Source: Candidatus Uhrbacteria bacterium (GTDB lineage Bacteria > Patescibacteriota > Patescibacteriia > UBA9934 > GWF2-40-263). From it: a DNA stretch of 64,000 nt. A program made the position numbers and the translations under genes. The DNA lies in NCBI GenBank assembly GCA_023246355.1, contig JAHFIQ010000001.1, positions 81,887 through 145,886 on the forward strand, read 5' to 3'. Under the pieces are notes generated by a model. The model was not told the DNA's origin. It worked only from the letters and a program-made list of their open reading frames with translations, and did not search any database. Positions 29,001 to 37,351 of the stretch are shown here, in pieces; the stretch's first letter is position 1; each line of letters opens with the position of its first letter.

Positions 29001-32000
29001 TCCGTCGCGATGGATTCATTACTCACAGACAAACTTGAAGTCGAGCTGCTTGTTTCTGAAATCACAAAATCATCGTACGTTCCATCTTCAAACGTCTCGT
29101 CCAAAATGGTCGTAGCATTTCGTCCTGTGCCGCCGGTATATTCTCGACACCCGCTTTGTTCAGCCGGACACTCGGTGCTTTCATCGGCCAACACGTAGTA
29201 GCGGCAGAAGCCTTGGTCCGTCCAATAGCCACCCGAGTCTTCACAGTCGGTTTCTGTTGACTCGTCTTTGCGATACGGCGCGCAGTCGTTGGAAATCGAA
29301 ATCGTGTCTGGATATTCCCGGTAATGAATGTTGCCTTCGGTATCGAAAAACTCTCGGCAGTCGGGATTATCAAAGATGTCATCGTGCTCGTCACAGTCTG
29401 CGTTGTCCCAGACGTCCGCTGACATATTCCCTGCAAACGAATCGTTACAGGAGACGTCGTTTTCTGATGTCATGGTGACATGCGTACAAGGCGCCAAGTC
29501 TGGCGAGTCTTCCACATAGCCAGAGCCCGAGAATGTTCCGGAGCTGGTCACGACATTTGATTCAAGCAAATACCACGTCTGCAACTGATAGCCTTCGTTG
29601 TCAGAACCTTCCCAGGTGAAAAACGTCGCTGGCGTGGTAAATTTGTCACTGCTATCTGCAATATCCTCACTCAAACAAAATCGCAGTGAAGAATAATTCT
29701 CAGTCCCTTCTCCACCTGCATCCACGGCATCAAGGTTGGTGTAGGAATCGCACCCAATGTATTGCGATGAACACGACGTGGCGCGATCAGCAATAAAGTA
29801 GAGCGGAAATTCCTCCGAGTCATAATCCGTGGCTTCCTGTTTGTACGTGGTGTAGCCCACACATTCCTCAGGACACTCGTCCAGTTCCGAGATAATCGCT
29901 GGGACATCTGGATCTCCATCTTCAGGTGTGTAGAGATTGCACCCAACTTCTTGGGCGCTGCAGACCTGAGCGTAATCATCACACTCAGAAGGATCCGTAT
30001 CAGCATCTCCTGTGCATCCAAGGTAATCTGGCGCGACTTGATAATAGACTTCGGTAGCGCTGGTGTTGTAATCCTCAGTAAAGTTGCTCACGTCTTCTCC
30101 AAGCTCCAGTTGCACGGCATCAAGCAAAATTTCATCTGAGTCAAATTTCAACAGTCCTTGCGCTACGTCTTCTGGCGTCGTAAATGTACAATCAAACTGC
30201 GTCCACTCTCCAGAAGTAAATTGTGAACTATCAGTTGGATCAGCTGTGATGACATACGATGAGGTTCCTTGCACACAGTCACCTCCATACGAAGTTCCTG
30301 CGACGGAGACGGCTTCACCAAATTCATCGTACAAATACAAGTAGGCATACGTTTCAGCCGCCGCAGTGTTGTCCGCACGAGCGGAAAAACTCAATGTGTA
30401 AAAGTTGTTCGGTGAGAGCGAAACGTATTGCTCAAGAATGCTCGCGTCTGTGCTGAAACTGAAACTTCCAGATACAGGACCATCATCTTCCTGCATCGTC
30501 TGAGCAGACGTTGCTGCGGATCCGTTGGTCCAGTTGTCTGGAACATCGTCCTCGTCTTCGTCAGATTCAAAACTCGGGTTCTGGATTTGGTTAAACACCA
30601 AATCATCGTTAAATTCATTCAACCGTGTACAGCCTATATCATCCTCGGAACATTCCTCTGCTTCGTTAGTGAAATAGATCCGATCGTTGTAGGCGTAGGA
30701 CGTGTTTGAATAAATCTCTCCTGAGTCAGACGTATAGCTGTAGCTCACAGGCTCCTCAGAATCTCCTGTGCTCAGTTGATACTTCCAAGCTGAATCGTGA
30801 GTGGCTGTGGTGTACGTTTCCCCGTCAGGAAGAAACTCATAGGTATCGTCACTGTCGTCATCAGCGGTGCCTGCATCTTCATAATGCTTCTGCGTGGCAT
30901 ACCACCGGCAACCGGCATTGTTGGAATCGCATACTGAATAATCCACACTGCTTACGCGATAAGCTGCCTTGTCTCCGGTAAACGTATTTTCAAACGAAAG
31001 ACATGTTGAATATTCCTCAGGACATTCATCCCCGCGAAAGCGCCAAGTATTTTTTTCCCTCACGCAATACCCGTAACCGTCGGAACAATTGCCGTCGTTG
31101 TCCTCCCCGATACAGCTTGGTGCATCAACGCATGAACTGGCACGGCCTGGCGTCTGAGCCCCGATGCGAATTTCTCCGTTGGCAATCGCACGACATTGAG
31201 TCTCAGGATATTTCAAAACCCAGTTTGGATCGATCAGATGGCACCACTCATCCGCACCAGAGCTTGAATTGGCCGGACCGATTGTCCCGTCTTCCGTACA
31301 ATCATCAAATCCATCGACAATATCTTGCAAGGTCGCTGGAGATCCACTGTCATTGCGAAGTGCGGCCAGCTCCCACCCAACAGGAATCACACGAGCTTTC
31401 CTGAGCTTCACCAAGTTTCCATAGCAATACCCATACGTATAGCAGTAAGGATCTTGGTTGGCTGAGGTGTCTTCAGGAGAAATGAGCGGCCAGTCGCCGT
31501 TCAATAACCCCTCATCAATCGCCTCCTGCACAGTCAGTGCGGCAACAGCGCCACTGGACCCACGACTGACGGCTGCCATAAAATTGGTGTCCATGACACA
31601 ATTATTGAGACCTCGGTTACTCACATTCCCTGACACACAGACGACAAATTCTCCTAATGCATTGTATTGTGTGGTGGCAATCGGGGAGGACGAAAAAATA
31701 CTCGCAAACCGCGCTTGAGCGGTTTCTTTACTTCCCTCAGCGGTAGCTTCAACATCAAATGGATCGATGTCCAAAGAAACATCAAATAATCCAGTATAAA
31801 TTCGGGAAAACAAAGTTGAGAGCAGCGTGTTGGTAAACGTCGAGGCTGTTGTCAGCGCTAAGCCTCCGATAAGATCGCCCGCACCAACCAGGTCTCCAAC
31901 CTTTACTTTCTCTTGATCAGAAGCCGATAATTTTTTGTGAAAATCTTCAGTCACCGTCGCAGAAGGTGTTTTTACATCCCCCGTAATAAAATCTGTCACC

Positions 32001-32803
32001 GGCTTATATTCATCCTTGGTGATGCCCATGAGCTCAAGCAATTTGGCTTCCCGCACCTTTCCATCAATGGCAATGTTGGTTCGAAGTGCTGCACTGATTT
32101 CGTTTTGACCTGGTTTCAAGGACTCGGCGAATTTGCTCAACACAGCTTCTTGAATAGCCTCTGGATCGGTCACGGTTTGATAGATGTTCGTAAAAAATGA
32201 CCCCCAGGCTTTTCCGACTTCCAAAATATCACATCGAGGCGCTGAAGGTTGATATTTTTGTTTGATCCCAATCGCCAGAGCAAGCTGAAGAATCCCGTCT
32301 GGGGAACAGAGATTGAATTTGTATCCAAGGTCTCCTGTAAGATCCGACATCGTTGCCACAGCCTCGCCCGCGGCCTCAAGTCCCAATTGACCAAAGGCTT
32401 CTGCCGGGGTCTTGTTGTAAAAAAGCGAACCCTCGCCAGGACCTCCTGAGGCAACGGCCACGGCCGCTTCATAAGCGAGACGATCAAGGACAAAACGAGA
32501 AAGATTCATGAGCGATTGGACAAGCGCCACACGAAAAGCCGGCGAGGCAATTTTTTTTCCGATGGTATCCAACACCTCGCCGATCGCATCCGGAGGACAG
32601 GTACTGGGAACAGCAGCTGTTTTTAAACAGACGGCTCGTGAACCCTTCACCACAACCTCGGCAGTTGTTTGGGCAGGGTTGTCTTGGGCTTGCACTCCGC
32701 GAGCCACAAAAATGCCCAAACTCACAAAACTAAACACAAACACCATTAAGAATCCTGCTGTGATCAATCGTTTTGTGTGATGGGATGCGTTGGTCATACG
32801 CAA
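23075..32803 (-). CDS. Giant (3242 aa) secreted/surface protein, Cys-, D/E-, S/T- and G-rich
   Basis: Single uninterrupted ORF with an N-terminal signal/TM (LITAGFLMVFVFSFVSLGIFVARG). Many Cys-rich segments. NPSFESD-type motifs suggest carbohydrate-binding-like modules. The antisense ORFs are artefacts. Confidence 0.8.
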   Translation of the reverse strand: MRMTNASHHTKRLITAGFLMVFVFSFVSLGIFVARGVQAQDNPAQTTAEVVVKGSRAVCLKTAAVPSTCPPDAIGEVLDTIGKKIASPAFRVALVQSLMNLSRFVLDRLAYEAAVAVASGGPGEGSLFYNKTPAEAFGQLGLEAAGEAVATMSDLTGDLGYKFNLCSPDGILQLALAIGIKQKYQPSAPRCDILEVGKAWGSFFTNIYQTVTDPEAIQEAVLSKFAESLKPGQNEISAALRTNIAIDGKVREAKLLELMGITKDEYKPVTDFITGDVKTPSATVTEDFHKKLSASDQEKVKVGDLVGAGDLIGGLALTTASTFTNTLLSTLFSRIYTGLFDVSLDIDPFDVEATAEGSKETAQARFASIFSSSPIATTQYNALGEFVVCVSGNVSNRGLNNCVMDTNFMAAVSRGSSGAVAALTVQEAIDEGLLNGDWPLISPEDTSANQDPYCYTYGYCYGNLVKLRKARVIPVGWELAALRNDSGSPATLQDIVDGFDDCTEDGTIGPANSSSGADEWCHLIDPNWVLKYPETQCRAIANGEIRIGAQTPGRASSCVDAPSCIGEDNDGNCSDGYGYCVREKNTWRFRGDECPEEYSTCLSFENTFTGDKAAYRVSSVDYSVCDSNNAGCRWYATQKHYEDAGTADDDSDDTYEFLPDGETYTTATHDSAWKYQLSTGDSEEPVSYSYTSDSGEIYSNTSYAYNDRIYFTNEAEECSEDDIGCTRLNEFNDDLVFNQIQNPSFESDEDEDDVPDNWTNGSAATSAQTMQEDDGPVSGSFSFSTDASILEQYVSLSPNNFYTLSFSARADNTAAAETYAYLYLYDEFGEAVSVAGTSYGGDCVQGTSSYVITADPTDSSQFTSGEWTQFDCTFTTPEDVAQGLLKFDSDEILLDAVQLELGEDVSNFTEDYNTSATEVYYQVAPDYLGCTGDADTDPSECDDYAQVCSAQEVGCNLYTPEDGDPDVPAIISELDECPEECVGYTTYKQEATDYDSEEFPLYFIADRATSCSSQYIGCDSYTNLDAVDAGGEGTENYSSLRFCLSEDIADSSDKFTTPATFFTWEGSDNEGYQLQTWYLLESNVVTSSGTFSGSGYVEDSPDLAPCTHVTMTSENDVSCNDSFAGNMSADVWDNADCDEHDDIFDNPDCREFFDTEGNIHYREYPDTISISNDCAPYRKDESTETDCEDSGGYWTDQGFCRYYVLADESTECPAEQSGCREYTGGTGRNATTILDETFEDGTYDDFVISETSSSTSSLSVSNESIATDGHSLYVSATGGLAGFETIQIYLDSATTTETYDEAGDAAGTSTTCTGNGGTIGDSGCDVENDVDADGSADEDCTIEDSEESCGALTSDLVGGKTFVVDFWAKGSGNMYVTFEEEGGSGDTHDLSNPSATISSASDLTPVELTGSWQLFSLGPLDTSDYADFDENAVLRFRVASAAEAYVDNISLKQVEEDITLIKDSWVVPSTCDATADGVESDQYYLGCEAYTDQNGVDADLYQFSDLCSEDVVGCEGFFDTGNSDSSYQQVYNARCMYSSDTDFSDEPETVGANTTCEIDGVEYCTITSGSSYCTFDADTVLEEPLPSEAVSSTVHYAVVFGPETVIVPTDAPVYLVADDTYECDEEAMGCEELGLPTFNQDQSEVDSFESVYYLNLPEDYDTLLCSDEELFCEEWDSTQDGNFYFKDPLDKTCEYQDSVTIGNQEYSGWFRSGTTEPCDWTDSDASGDFDPDEDDSYLINGNEFGVWANGDDDYDGWVAACEDAYDLCTEFVDVVDTAGGGGEDGESYYFTNDDLLSEDTLTDTQRCDGQVSQKFGCAVFNNTTDSELSYNAGASYVVSMHADVFFGEEQNSLQDPIDCELDEGGEFTVSSSDADALGLTSETVDLCARRCSYEVEDGDSIDTPSATEVSSTQVYERSCLVDDDCPVLTTNLGEDVTATCEDVSATYALDDDANEVIKVNRDRSCSAWLACESSKTSWNTTSSTYDTICDSINLCVEGTNQGDTSTCTQWDSSDPEILGAYQYSARDVNWFGEEWSGGTIPNQLPTDLYTQFNLEPTTVCMETTSTELTNDAGLPTYCNTYEDCGVSTTACTTNADCASYSGICSDSGYCYYSCANNSDTDYRLVYNAGPCDATESGDGNGGSCSIGMCEDSGSACASDDDCSGSEACVVGYCQASGTTNCVNSDCSCNPDNDNSSDGTNSDCTTNTTDIGLHTYFCDPVQFVCVDKFTSENDFVATEACDADTSCSAYAYGATCVPASTSTTGECFNNRCLSDIKDDNGDGYADTLAISGGEVTSGREMGCRGYPEIDSPYPTSVVDDWKTFRYSTADGTSPTDATFSASGSGGLPASWYSLPYAYVGGFQDSAVCGLDLYGEPVDCDCSYDKVEYGEGSGYRYYEAGTGADTFSQSGEVPDGICTGGPVPGLPCLDDDDCSIGTTQVGTCSALSGVSTMYGWEGYCIEKDTSIQTLGSSDTEDQACLSWLPVDQLAGSTDLYGKYTSAGYTPQETYYCADIEAAYSVWTSNILCAEEVDDYCDGGLYYDHEGTEAEQDDAETTWDVWLATANDPSSNSTNDDCISSVFCPEGYFAVMTGCGGQDNSTYHDLNGGASGQYCGASITTDDCPYFCVPKFSYKTATDAEGDDGDRCLSPGNYYTVDYSVNTSDVGDHWYPGLNVEVYVLAPWRFDNAFELYDDCAARGVLGDSLDEFTSPYDLLEDGIPTTEDPTTCYGNNLVSCGYYYSYADGITGVDSLAAWVFTRYPACSTLVQVSATEPNEDDYPFDSYNAAWTDRLWESSSAAFSIADPGGDDAHFGYTYDTLLSPYGVATDPEELAVEFTTDDNPDPWAHTPVMCSEGNDDYQIPPVETTTACDASASSFTSTAGEDARSFRDFSMTFDSVVPTSGYTTFTENDTIDDAISRLSQLFGRIYGMIQFEDGYEGVAAQEVPDGALTTGFNTGEQFGSWTPVAYEDLAADEPWLWDTRSVGDDDNEPEPPTVVSVGDCVGTECIEDTEGKFNIGEVDGGDLEGEGTYHANVSFFTYANSNQMPIRRIVIDWGDDFGGVQPTGLGAHWPTGSQSGSTAEDNFYQNHRGLNATSEQEICGSDPVEFGTSSTACSTSYINFAHDYICTDGDTALLTSRTCEYDDTDTTRLLNSPCLDSSGACVFQPRVSVTDNWGWCTGFCDAGADGTDNCFSGETEDGTSVRECNIESCPSEGDSSSCVDYGGAGTANPWINFDGTIAVTPD

Positions 32804-33499
32804 CTATTCCGAAGGAGTTTGTACAAGCGCATCGAGCTCGCCTAAGGCAGCAGCCTCTTCAAGCGCGCCGTTCAAATAATCTTGAAGGGTCTGGTCGTCG
32901 ATCGAATCGAGTTCTTCCTGGCTCATGCCAGCTTCCAAAAGCGCGGCACGAATTTGTTCGACCGTTGCGGACTTAAAAAAGGCTTCGACATCTTCAGGAG
33001 AATCAAACTGTACAGAACCGGCTTGAAGCAATTGATCTTCGCCAAGTCCTTGGATGAGACCTTCCACAGAGGCGCCGTTTTCTCCCACTTCCTCAGACCC
33101 TGTCACAAAAGAGCCGCAGTCTTTTCCCTCTGGACAATTTGGATTGTTTCCTGAAAAAACTTCTTGCTTGTCGTCATAGCCGTCTGAATCTGAGTCGCTT
33201 ACGTAGGGTGAGGTCTTGTACACATACAACTCGTCGTAATCGACCAAGCCGTCGCTGTCCGTATCTTTTGTTTTGGATTCTTCCAGAGCCTGTGCCTCGC
33301 GCTGTTCTGAGGTGAGATAGGGTTGGCCTGTTGCCAATGCCGCGATCTGTTCTTGGATCGGACGAGCAAGATTGGCGCCAAAAGATTTAAACCCAAAAAA
33401 GAAACCGCCAAAACCTAAAAACATTAAAAGCACGAACGCGAATTTCTGCTCCGCGCTCAAGGCTCGAGGTGGCCTTGTTCCTAATCGTCGTGTGGCCAT
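32804..33499 (-). CDS. Membrane-anchored protein with thrombospondin-type-3-like calcium-binding D-rich repeats
   Basis: Likely start MATRRLG at 33499. TM FAFVLLMFLGFGGFFFGF. DTDSDGLVDYDELYVYK and SDSDSDGYDDKQE (DxDxDG) motifs. Its stop abuts the giant gene start, indicating an operon. Confidence 0.55.
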   Translation of the reverse strand: MATRRLGTRPPRALSAEQKFAFVLLMFLGFGGFFFGFKSFGANLARPIQEQIAALATGQPYLTSEQREAQALEESKTKDTDSDGLVDYDELYVYKTSPYVSDSDSDGYDDKQEVFSGNNPNCPEGKDCGSFVTGSEEVGENGASVEGLIQGLGEDQLLQAGSVQFDSPEDVEAFFKSATVEQIRAALLEAGMSQEELDSIDDQTLQDYLNGALEEAAALGELDALVQTPSE

Positions 33500-33503
33500 A
33501 ATC

Positions 33504-33632
33504 GAGACCTCAGCAAAAGTCGCGATCTTGCAACTTACGGGGCCCCGCCACCACCTCAACGTAGGATTTACCTACGTCTCGGCGGCTGGCTTCCCCGTGC
33601 GTTGCAATCTCATCGACTTTTTCAGAGGTCTC
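33504..33632. repeat. Long-hairpin intergenic repeat element, copy 3
   Basis: gagacctcagcaaaagtcgcgatc ... cacggggccccgccaccacctcaacgtag ... ctcggcggctggcttccccgt ... gcaatctcatcgactttttcagaggtctc. Confidence 0.75.
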
Positions 33633-33664
33633 TAGTAGAGAGATTATAACAAAACACCCAGGGT

Positions 33665-34492
33665 TTACCTAGGCGTTTTATCTTCCACAGGAGCCAAGAT
33701 GTGGGTAAGTGTCCTCCAGTTTTCTACCGTGAGGGATTCGGCGCGAATTTTGGGATCTAATTTCAGTGACTCAAGCGCGACTTTGACCTGTAGCGATGAC
33801 AAATGCAGATGCGCTGAGAGATTATGATGGAGCTGCTTGCGGCGTGAGGAAAAGCCGGCTTTGGCGATGGAGATGATTGATTCAAGAGGTGGTGAGGTGG
33901 AAAAGGTAGATGAGGTGGATGAGGTAGAACATGAAAGGTCGAGACGAACAATTGCGGAATCAATCTTTGGAATAGGCCGAAACGCGCCAGCAGGAACATT
34001 CGCGATTTTTTCACAGTGAGCGTAGAGCTGGCAGACAACGGAGAGCAGACTCATGTGTGGTGGCAGTGCCGTGATTCTGTCGGCTACTTCTTTCTGAACC
34101 ATCAGAACCATGCGGGATGGTTTTGGATCGGTTGTCAGGAATTTTTTCAAGAGATCAGAAGTGATGTTGTAGGGAATATTTGCAATGAGTTTGTAGCCGC
34201 AGGCTTCAGCCTGTGTTCCGTGAAGTGAAAAAGACAAAGCATCACCGTGGATCAGAGTAATCTTGGTGCCAAAACGGTCGTGTAAAGCATCAACGAGATC
34301 TTGATCAGCCTCGATCGCCGTCACTCTGGCACCTGCATCGACCAGTGCTTGAGTCAGAACCCCCGTTCCTGGACCAATCTCAAGCACGTGCTCGCCAGGG
34401 TGAATCTCAGCGGCCACGATTATTTTGGCAACGACTGTCTCATCCACCAGCCAATTTTGCCCAAAAGATTTTTTCGCACGCGGCAATCTCAT
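33665..34492 (-). CDS. rsmA: 16S rRNA (adenine1518/1519-N6)-dimethyltransferase RsmA/KsgA
   Basis: FGQNWLVDETVV, SAM-binding motif LEIGPGTGVLT, NIPYNITS. Contains the in-frame insert CSTSSTSSTFSTS encoded by the GAGGTGGA mini-repeat. Confidence 0.85.
   Translation of the reverse strand: MRLPRAKKSFGQNWLVDETVVAKIIVAAEIHPGEHVLEIGPGTGVLTQALVDAGARVTAIEADQDLVDALHDRFGTKITLIHGDALSFSLHGTQAEACGYKLIANIPYNITSDLLKKFLTTDPKPSRMVLMVQKEVADRITALPPHMSLLSVVCQLYAHCEKIANVPAGAFRPIPKIDSAIVRLDLSCSTSSTSSTFSTSPPLESIISIAKAGFSSRRKQLHHNLSAHLHLSSLQVKVALESLKLDPKIRAESLTVENWRTLTHILAPVEDKTPR
33886..33940. repeat. GAGGTGGA-type mini-repeat inserted in-frame in rsmA
   Basis: gaggtggtgaggtggaaaaggtagatgaggtggatgaggtagaacatgaaagg, near-identical to the intergenic copy at 14851-14900. 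Confidence 0.65.
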
Positions 34493-35088
34493 AGTTCGAT
34501 CACCCCTTGTCTCAAAATTTCTGGATACCCATAATCGTCCACACTCACGATCGTTGATGGAAGACCAGGCGTGAGCTCTCCCCCATCGAGATAGACATCA
34601 GGGCGTACGTCCTGATGCTGAAACTGATCCTGAACCTCCTTCAGGGAATAGCATGGCTTCTCGCCACTTCGATTCGCAGAGGTGGACACAATGGGCGCAC
34701 CGAGTCCATGTGAAAGAGCGGTCGCAACCGGATGAGACGAAACACGAATGGCAATCTCGCCATGTTTCATGACTCCAGGAGCTAGGGCATCCCCAACAAC
34801 AGGAAGAACAAGGGTCAAGGGGCCTGGCCAATGCTCATCTGCAAAACGGACAAGCCCGCTGGGAATCCCCGCGACTCTCTCAATCATGCCACGATCTGCC
34901 GCAATGAGCGGCAATGATTTGTCTCCCTGGCGACCCTTGATCTGAAACACACGCTCGACGGCTTCTGTGTTTCTCGCGTCTGCCGCAAGTCCATAGGCTG
35001 TCTCGGTTGGGAACACAACAACGCCGCCGCGTTTCAGAACCGCGACGGCCTCCTGTATCTGTTCTTCTGTTAGAGCTTTGAAAACCAT
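34489..35088 (-). CDS. tsaC: L-threonylcarbamoyladenylate synthase (TsaC/YrdC/Sua5 family)
   Basis: VVVFPTETAYGLAADA motif, 199 aa. Overlaps rsmA by 4 nt. Confidence 0.8.
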   Translation of the reverse strand: MVFKALTEEQIQEAVAVLKRGGVVVFPTETAYGLAADARNTEAVERVFQIKGRQGDKSLPLIAADRGMIERVAGIPSGLVRFADEHWPGPLTLVLPVVGDALAPGVMKHGEIAIRVSSHPVATALSHGLGAPIVSTSANRSGEKPCYSLKEVQDQFQHQDVRPDVYLDGGELTPGLPSTIVSVDDYGYPEILRQGVIEL

Positions 35089-36002
35089 GTGACTGTTTTT
35101 TTGAGACCCTCATCGAGTTTTACCTTCGGCATCCATCCAAGTTCACGTCGGGCTTTTCTGGCATCGAGCGCGGAGCGCATCACCTCCCCTTTGCAAGCTG
35201 GGCCATGGACCTCTTTTTGCTTTGAACCTGTGAGCTTGTTGATGGCACGAAAGAGGGTGTTTACGTCGGTCTGAATGCCAGACCCAATATTAAACGTCCC
35301 TGTGACTGGCTTTTCCATGGCCAGCATATGTGCCTGAACAATGTCGGAAACGTAGACGTAATCTCGCGTCTGCTTTCCGTTTCCATTGATCACGGCTTTT
35401 TCTTTCTTGATCAGCTGGCGCGCAAACACAGAAATCACTCCTGCATAGCCTCCTCGCAGCGCTTGGCGTGGACCATAGGCGTTGGCCAGACGCAGCACCA
35501 CCGTCTTCATTCCATGAATGCGATGCTCAAAACTTAAGTACATCTCAGCAGAACGTTTGGCGATCGCGTAGGGCGACAGTGGATCATCGAGTGTTTTCTC
35601 TGAATACGGAGGTCGCAGCGTGTCGGGATACATGGCGCCACCACTGGATGTAAAAATAAACTTCTTGACTCCGGCCTTCGCAGAAGCATGGGCGATATTC
35701 AGTGTTCCCATGATGTTGACGCGCGCATCGCTTGGTGGATCTTCTACAGAACAGCGCACATCAATTTGCGCTGCCAGATGAAACACCACGTCTGGTTTGA
35801 GCTTTGCCACAAGTTGTGCCGCCGCCGGATCCACCACGGACAATTTGTGAAAGGCCACGTTTGGGTTCAAATTTTTGCGCGAGCCAGTGGAGAGATCGTC
35901 AATGACGTGCACTTTAATATGACGACGAACAAGCGCATCGACGATATGCGAGCCGATGAATCCCGCGCCTCCTGTGACCAAGGCTGTTTTATATTTAGGC
36001 AT
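35070..36002 (-). CDS. NAD-dependent epimerase/dehydratase (UDP-glucose 4-epimerase-like)
   Basis: Rossmann motif TGGAGFIGSH and a YxxxK SDR-type catalytic region. Likely start MPKYKTALV at 36002. Confidence 0.75.
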   Translation of the reverse strand: MPKYKTALVTGGAGFIGSHIVDALVRRHIKVHVIDDLSTGSRKNLNPNVAFHKLSVVDPAAAQLVAKLKPDVVFHLAAQIDVRCSVEDPPSDARVNIMGTLNIAHASAKAGVKKFIFTSSGGAMYPDTLRPPYSEKTLDDPLSPYAIAKRSAEMYLSFEHRIHGMKTVVLRLANAYGPRQALRGGYAGVISVFARQLIKKEKAVINGNGKQTRDYVYVSDIVQAHMLAMEKPVTGTFNIGSGIQTDVNTLFRAINKLTGSKQKEVHGPACKGEVMRSALDARKARRELGWMPKVKLDEGLKKTVTWFSKL

Positions 36003-36010
36003 AGAATGAA

Positions 36011-36082
36011 GTAGCAAGTATCTAGTAGCAAGAAGCAAGTATGGGATCCACGAATTTACTTGCTACATGCTACTTGCTACTG
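36011..36082. repeat. Intergenic inverted repeat (gtagcaag x3 / cttgctac x3) between prfB and the epimerase gene
   Basis: Arms agtagcaagtatctagtagcaagaagcaagtat and acttgctacatgctacttgctact around the loop tgggatccacgaattt. Likely a prfB terminator hairpin. Confidence 0.45.
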
Positions 36083-37165
36083 AGTAAATTCCGCAAATAC
36101 GCTTCCATAAATGGCTCAAGATCCCCATCGAGCACAGCCTCAGCGTCTGAGGTCTCCTGCTCTGTTCGATGATCTTTTACCATTTTATACGGATGCAGCA
36201 CATAGGAACGAATCTGGTTTCCCCATTCAGCCGATTGATAATCGCCTCGCAACTCCCCTTTTTTCTTTTCTTGCGCTTTCAAATTCAACTGATGCAACTT
36301 GGACTTCAAAATCTTCATGGCTGTTTCTTTGTTCTGTACCTGAGAGCGTTCATTCTGGCAGGACACGACGGTATTGGTTGGAATATGAACGATGCGCACA
36401 GCCGAGTACGTCGTGTTCACACTTTGCCCACCCTTGCCGCCGCTCATGAACGTATCAATGCGCAAATCCTTTGGATCGATTTCCATTTCCACGACCTCAT
36501 CAAGCTCTGGGATCACTTCGACGAGTGCAAACGTTGTATGTCGCATCTTCTCCGCATCAAAGGGTGAAATGCGCACCAGCCGATGCACGCCTGCCTCGCT
36601 TTTCAAATACCCATACGCCCATCGTCCGTTGACTCGCAGGGTGATGCTTTTGAGTCCCACATCCTCACCTCGAGACTCAGACAGCACGGTCACTTCCCAT
36701 TTTCTCGCCTCAGCAAATCGCATGTACATTCGCGTAAGCATCGCGGTCCAGTCTTGAGCTTCCGTGCCACCGGAACCTGCATGAATCGCGACAATGGCTG
36801 GATCCTTGTCATAGTCTCCAGAAAACAACGTGGCAAACTCGAGCTTGGTGAATTGCCCTTCAAGATCGGCAAGTTTGTTTGTGATGTCATCTTGCAAACT
36901 TTGATCATCACCCGAAAGCTCCACAAGATCTTTGAGCTCAGTCACATTTGATCGCAAACTCTCCCAGGTTGAAAGCTCTTCTCGCAAATCAGATGCTTCT
37001 TGACTTACACGCCTGGCTTTCTGCGCATCCTGCCAAAAATCGGCTCCAGACATTTCTGTCTCTAGACGTTTGATCTGCGCGGCAACGGCATCCAAGTCAA
37101 AGTAACCTCCAGGTGCTCTGCAGTCTCTCCTGGAGGATTTGAATTTTTTTGAGGAGGTCTTTCAT
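36070..37165 (-). CDS. prfB: Peptide chain release factor 2 with programmed +1 frameshift (join 37165..37100, 37098..36070)
   Basis: SPF and GGQ motifs in the main ORF. The upstream short frame ATG AAA ... TGG AGG TTA CTT TGA C matches the canonical SD-like GGAGG, 3 nt, CUU UGA C slippery site. The +1 frame continues DLDAVAAQ. Confidence 0.85.
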
Positions 37166-37222
37166 ACACGAGCGTTCAGTGACAACGTGTCGAGAAGCAA
37201 CACGTTGTCACTAAATACGTTA

Positions 37223-37349
37223 GAGGCCTCTGCAAAACTCGATGAGATTGCGATGCGCGGGGAAGCCAGCCTCCGAGACGTAGTGAAAACTACGTTGAGG
37301 AGGTGGCGGGGCCCCGCAAGTCGCAAGATCGCGAGTTTTGCAGAGGTCC
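37223..37349. repeat. Long-hairpin intergenic repeat element, copy 4 (inverted orientation)
   Basis: gaggcctctgcaaaactcgatgagattgcg ... gaggtggcggggccccgcaagtcgcaagatcgcgagttttgcagaggtcc. Confidence 0.75.
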
Positions 37350-37351
37350 CG

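Noticed and set aside
23302-32780. Numerous 60-140-aa ORFs on both strands within 23075..32803
   Set aside because: They are nested in or antisense to the 3242-aa ORF. They have no starts with ribosome-binding sites and no homology cues.
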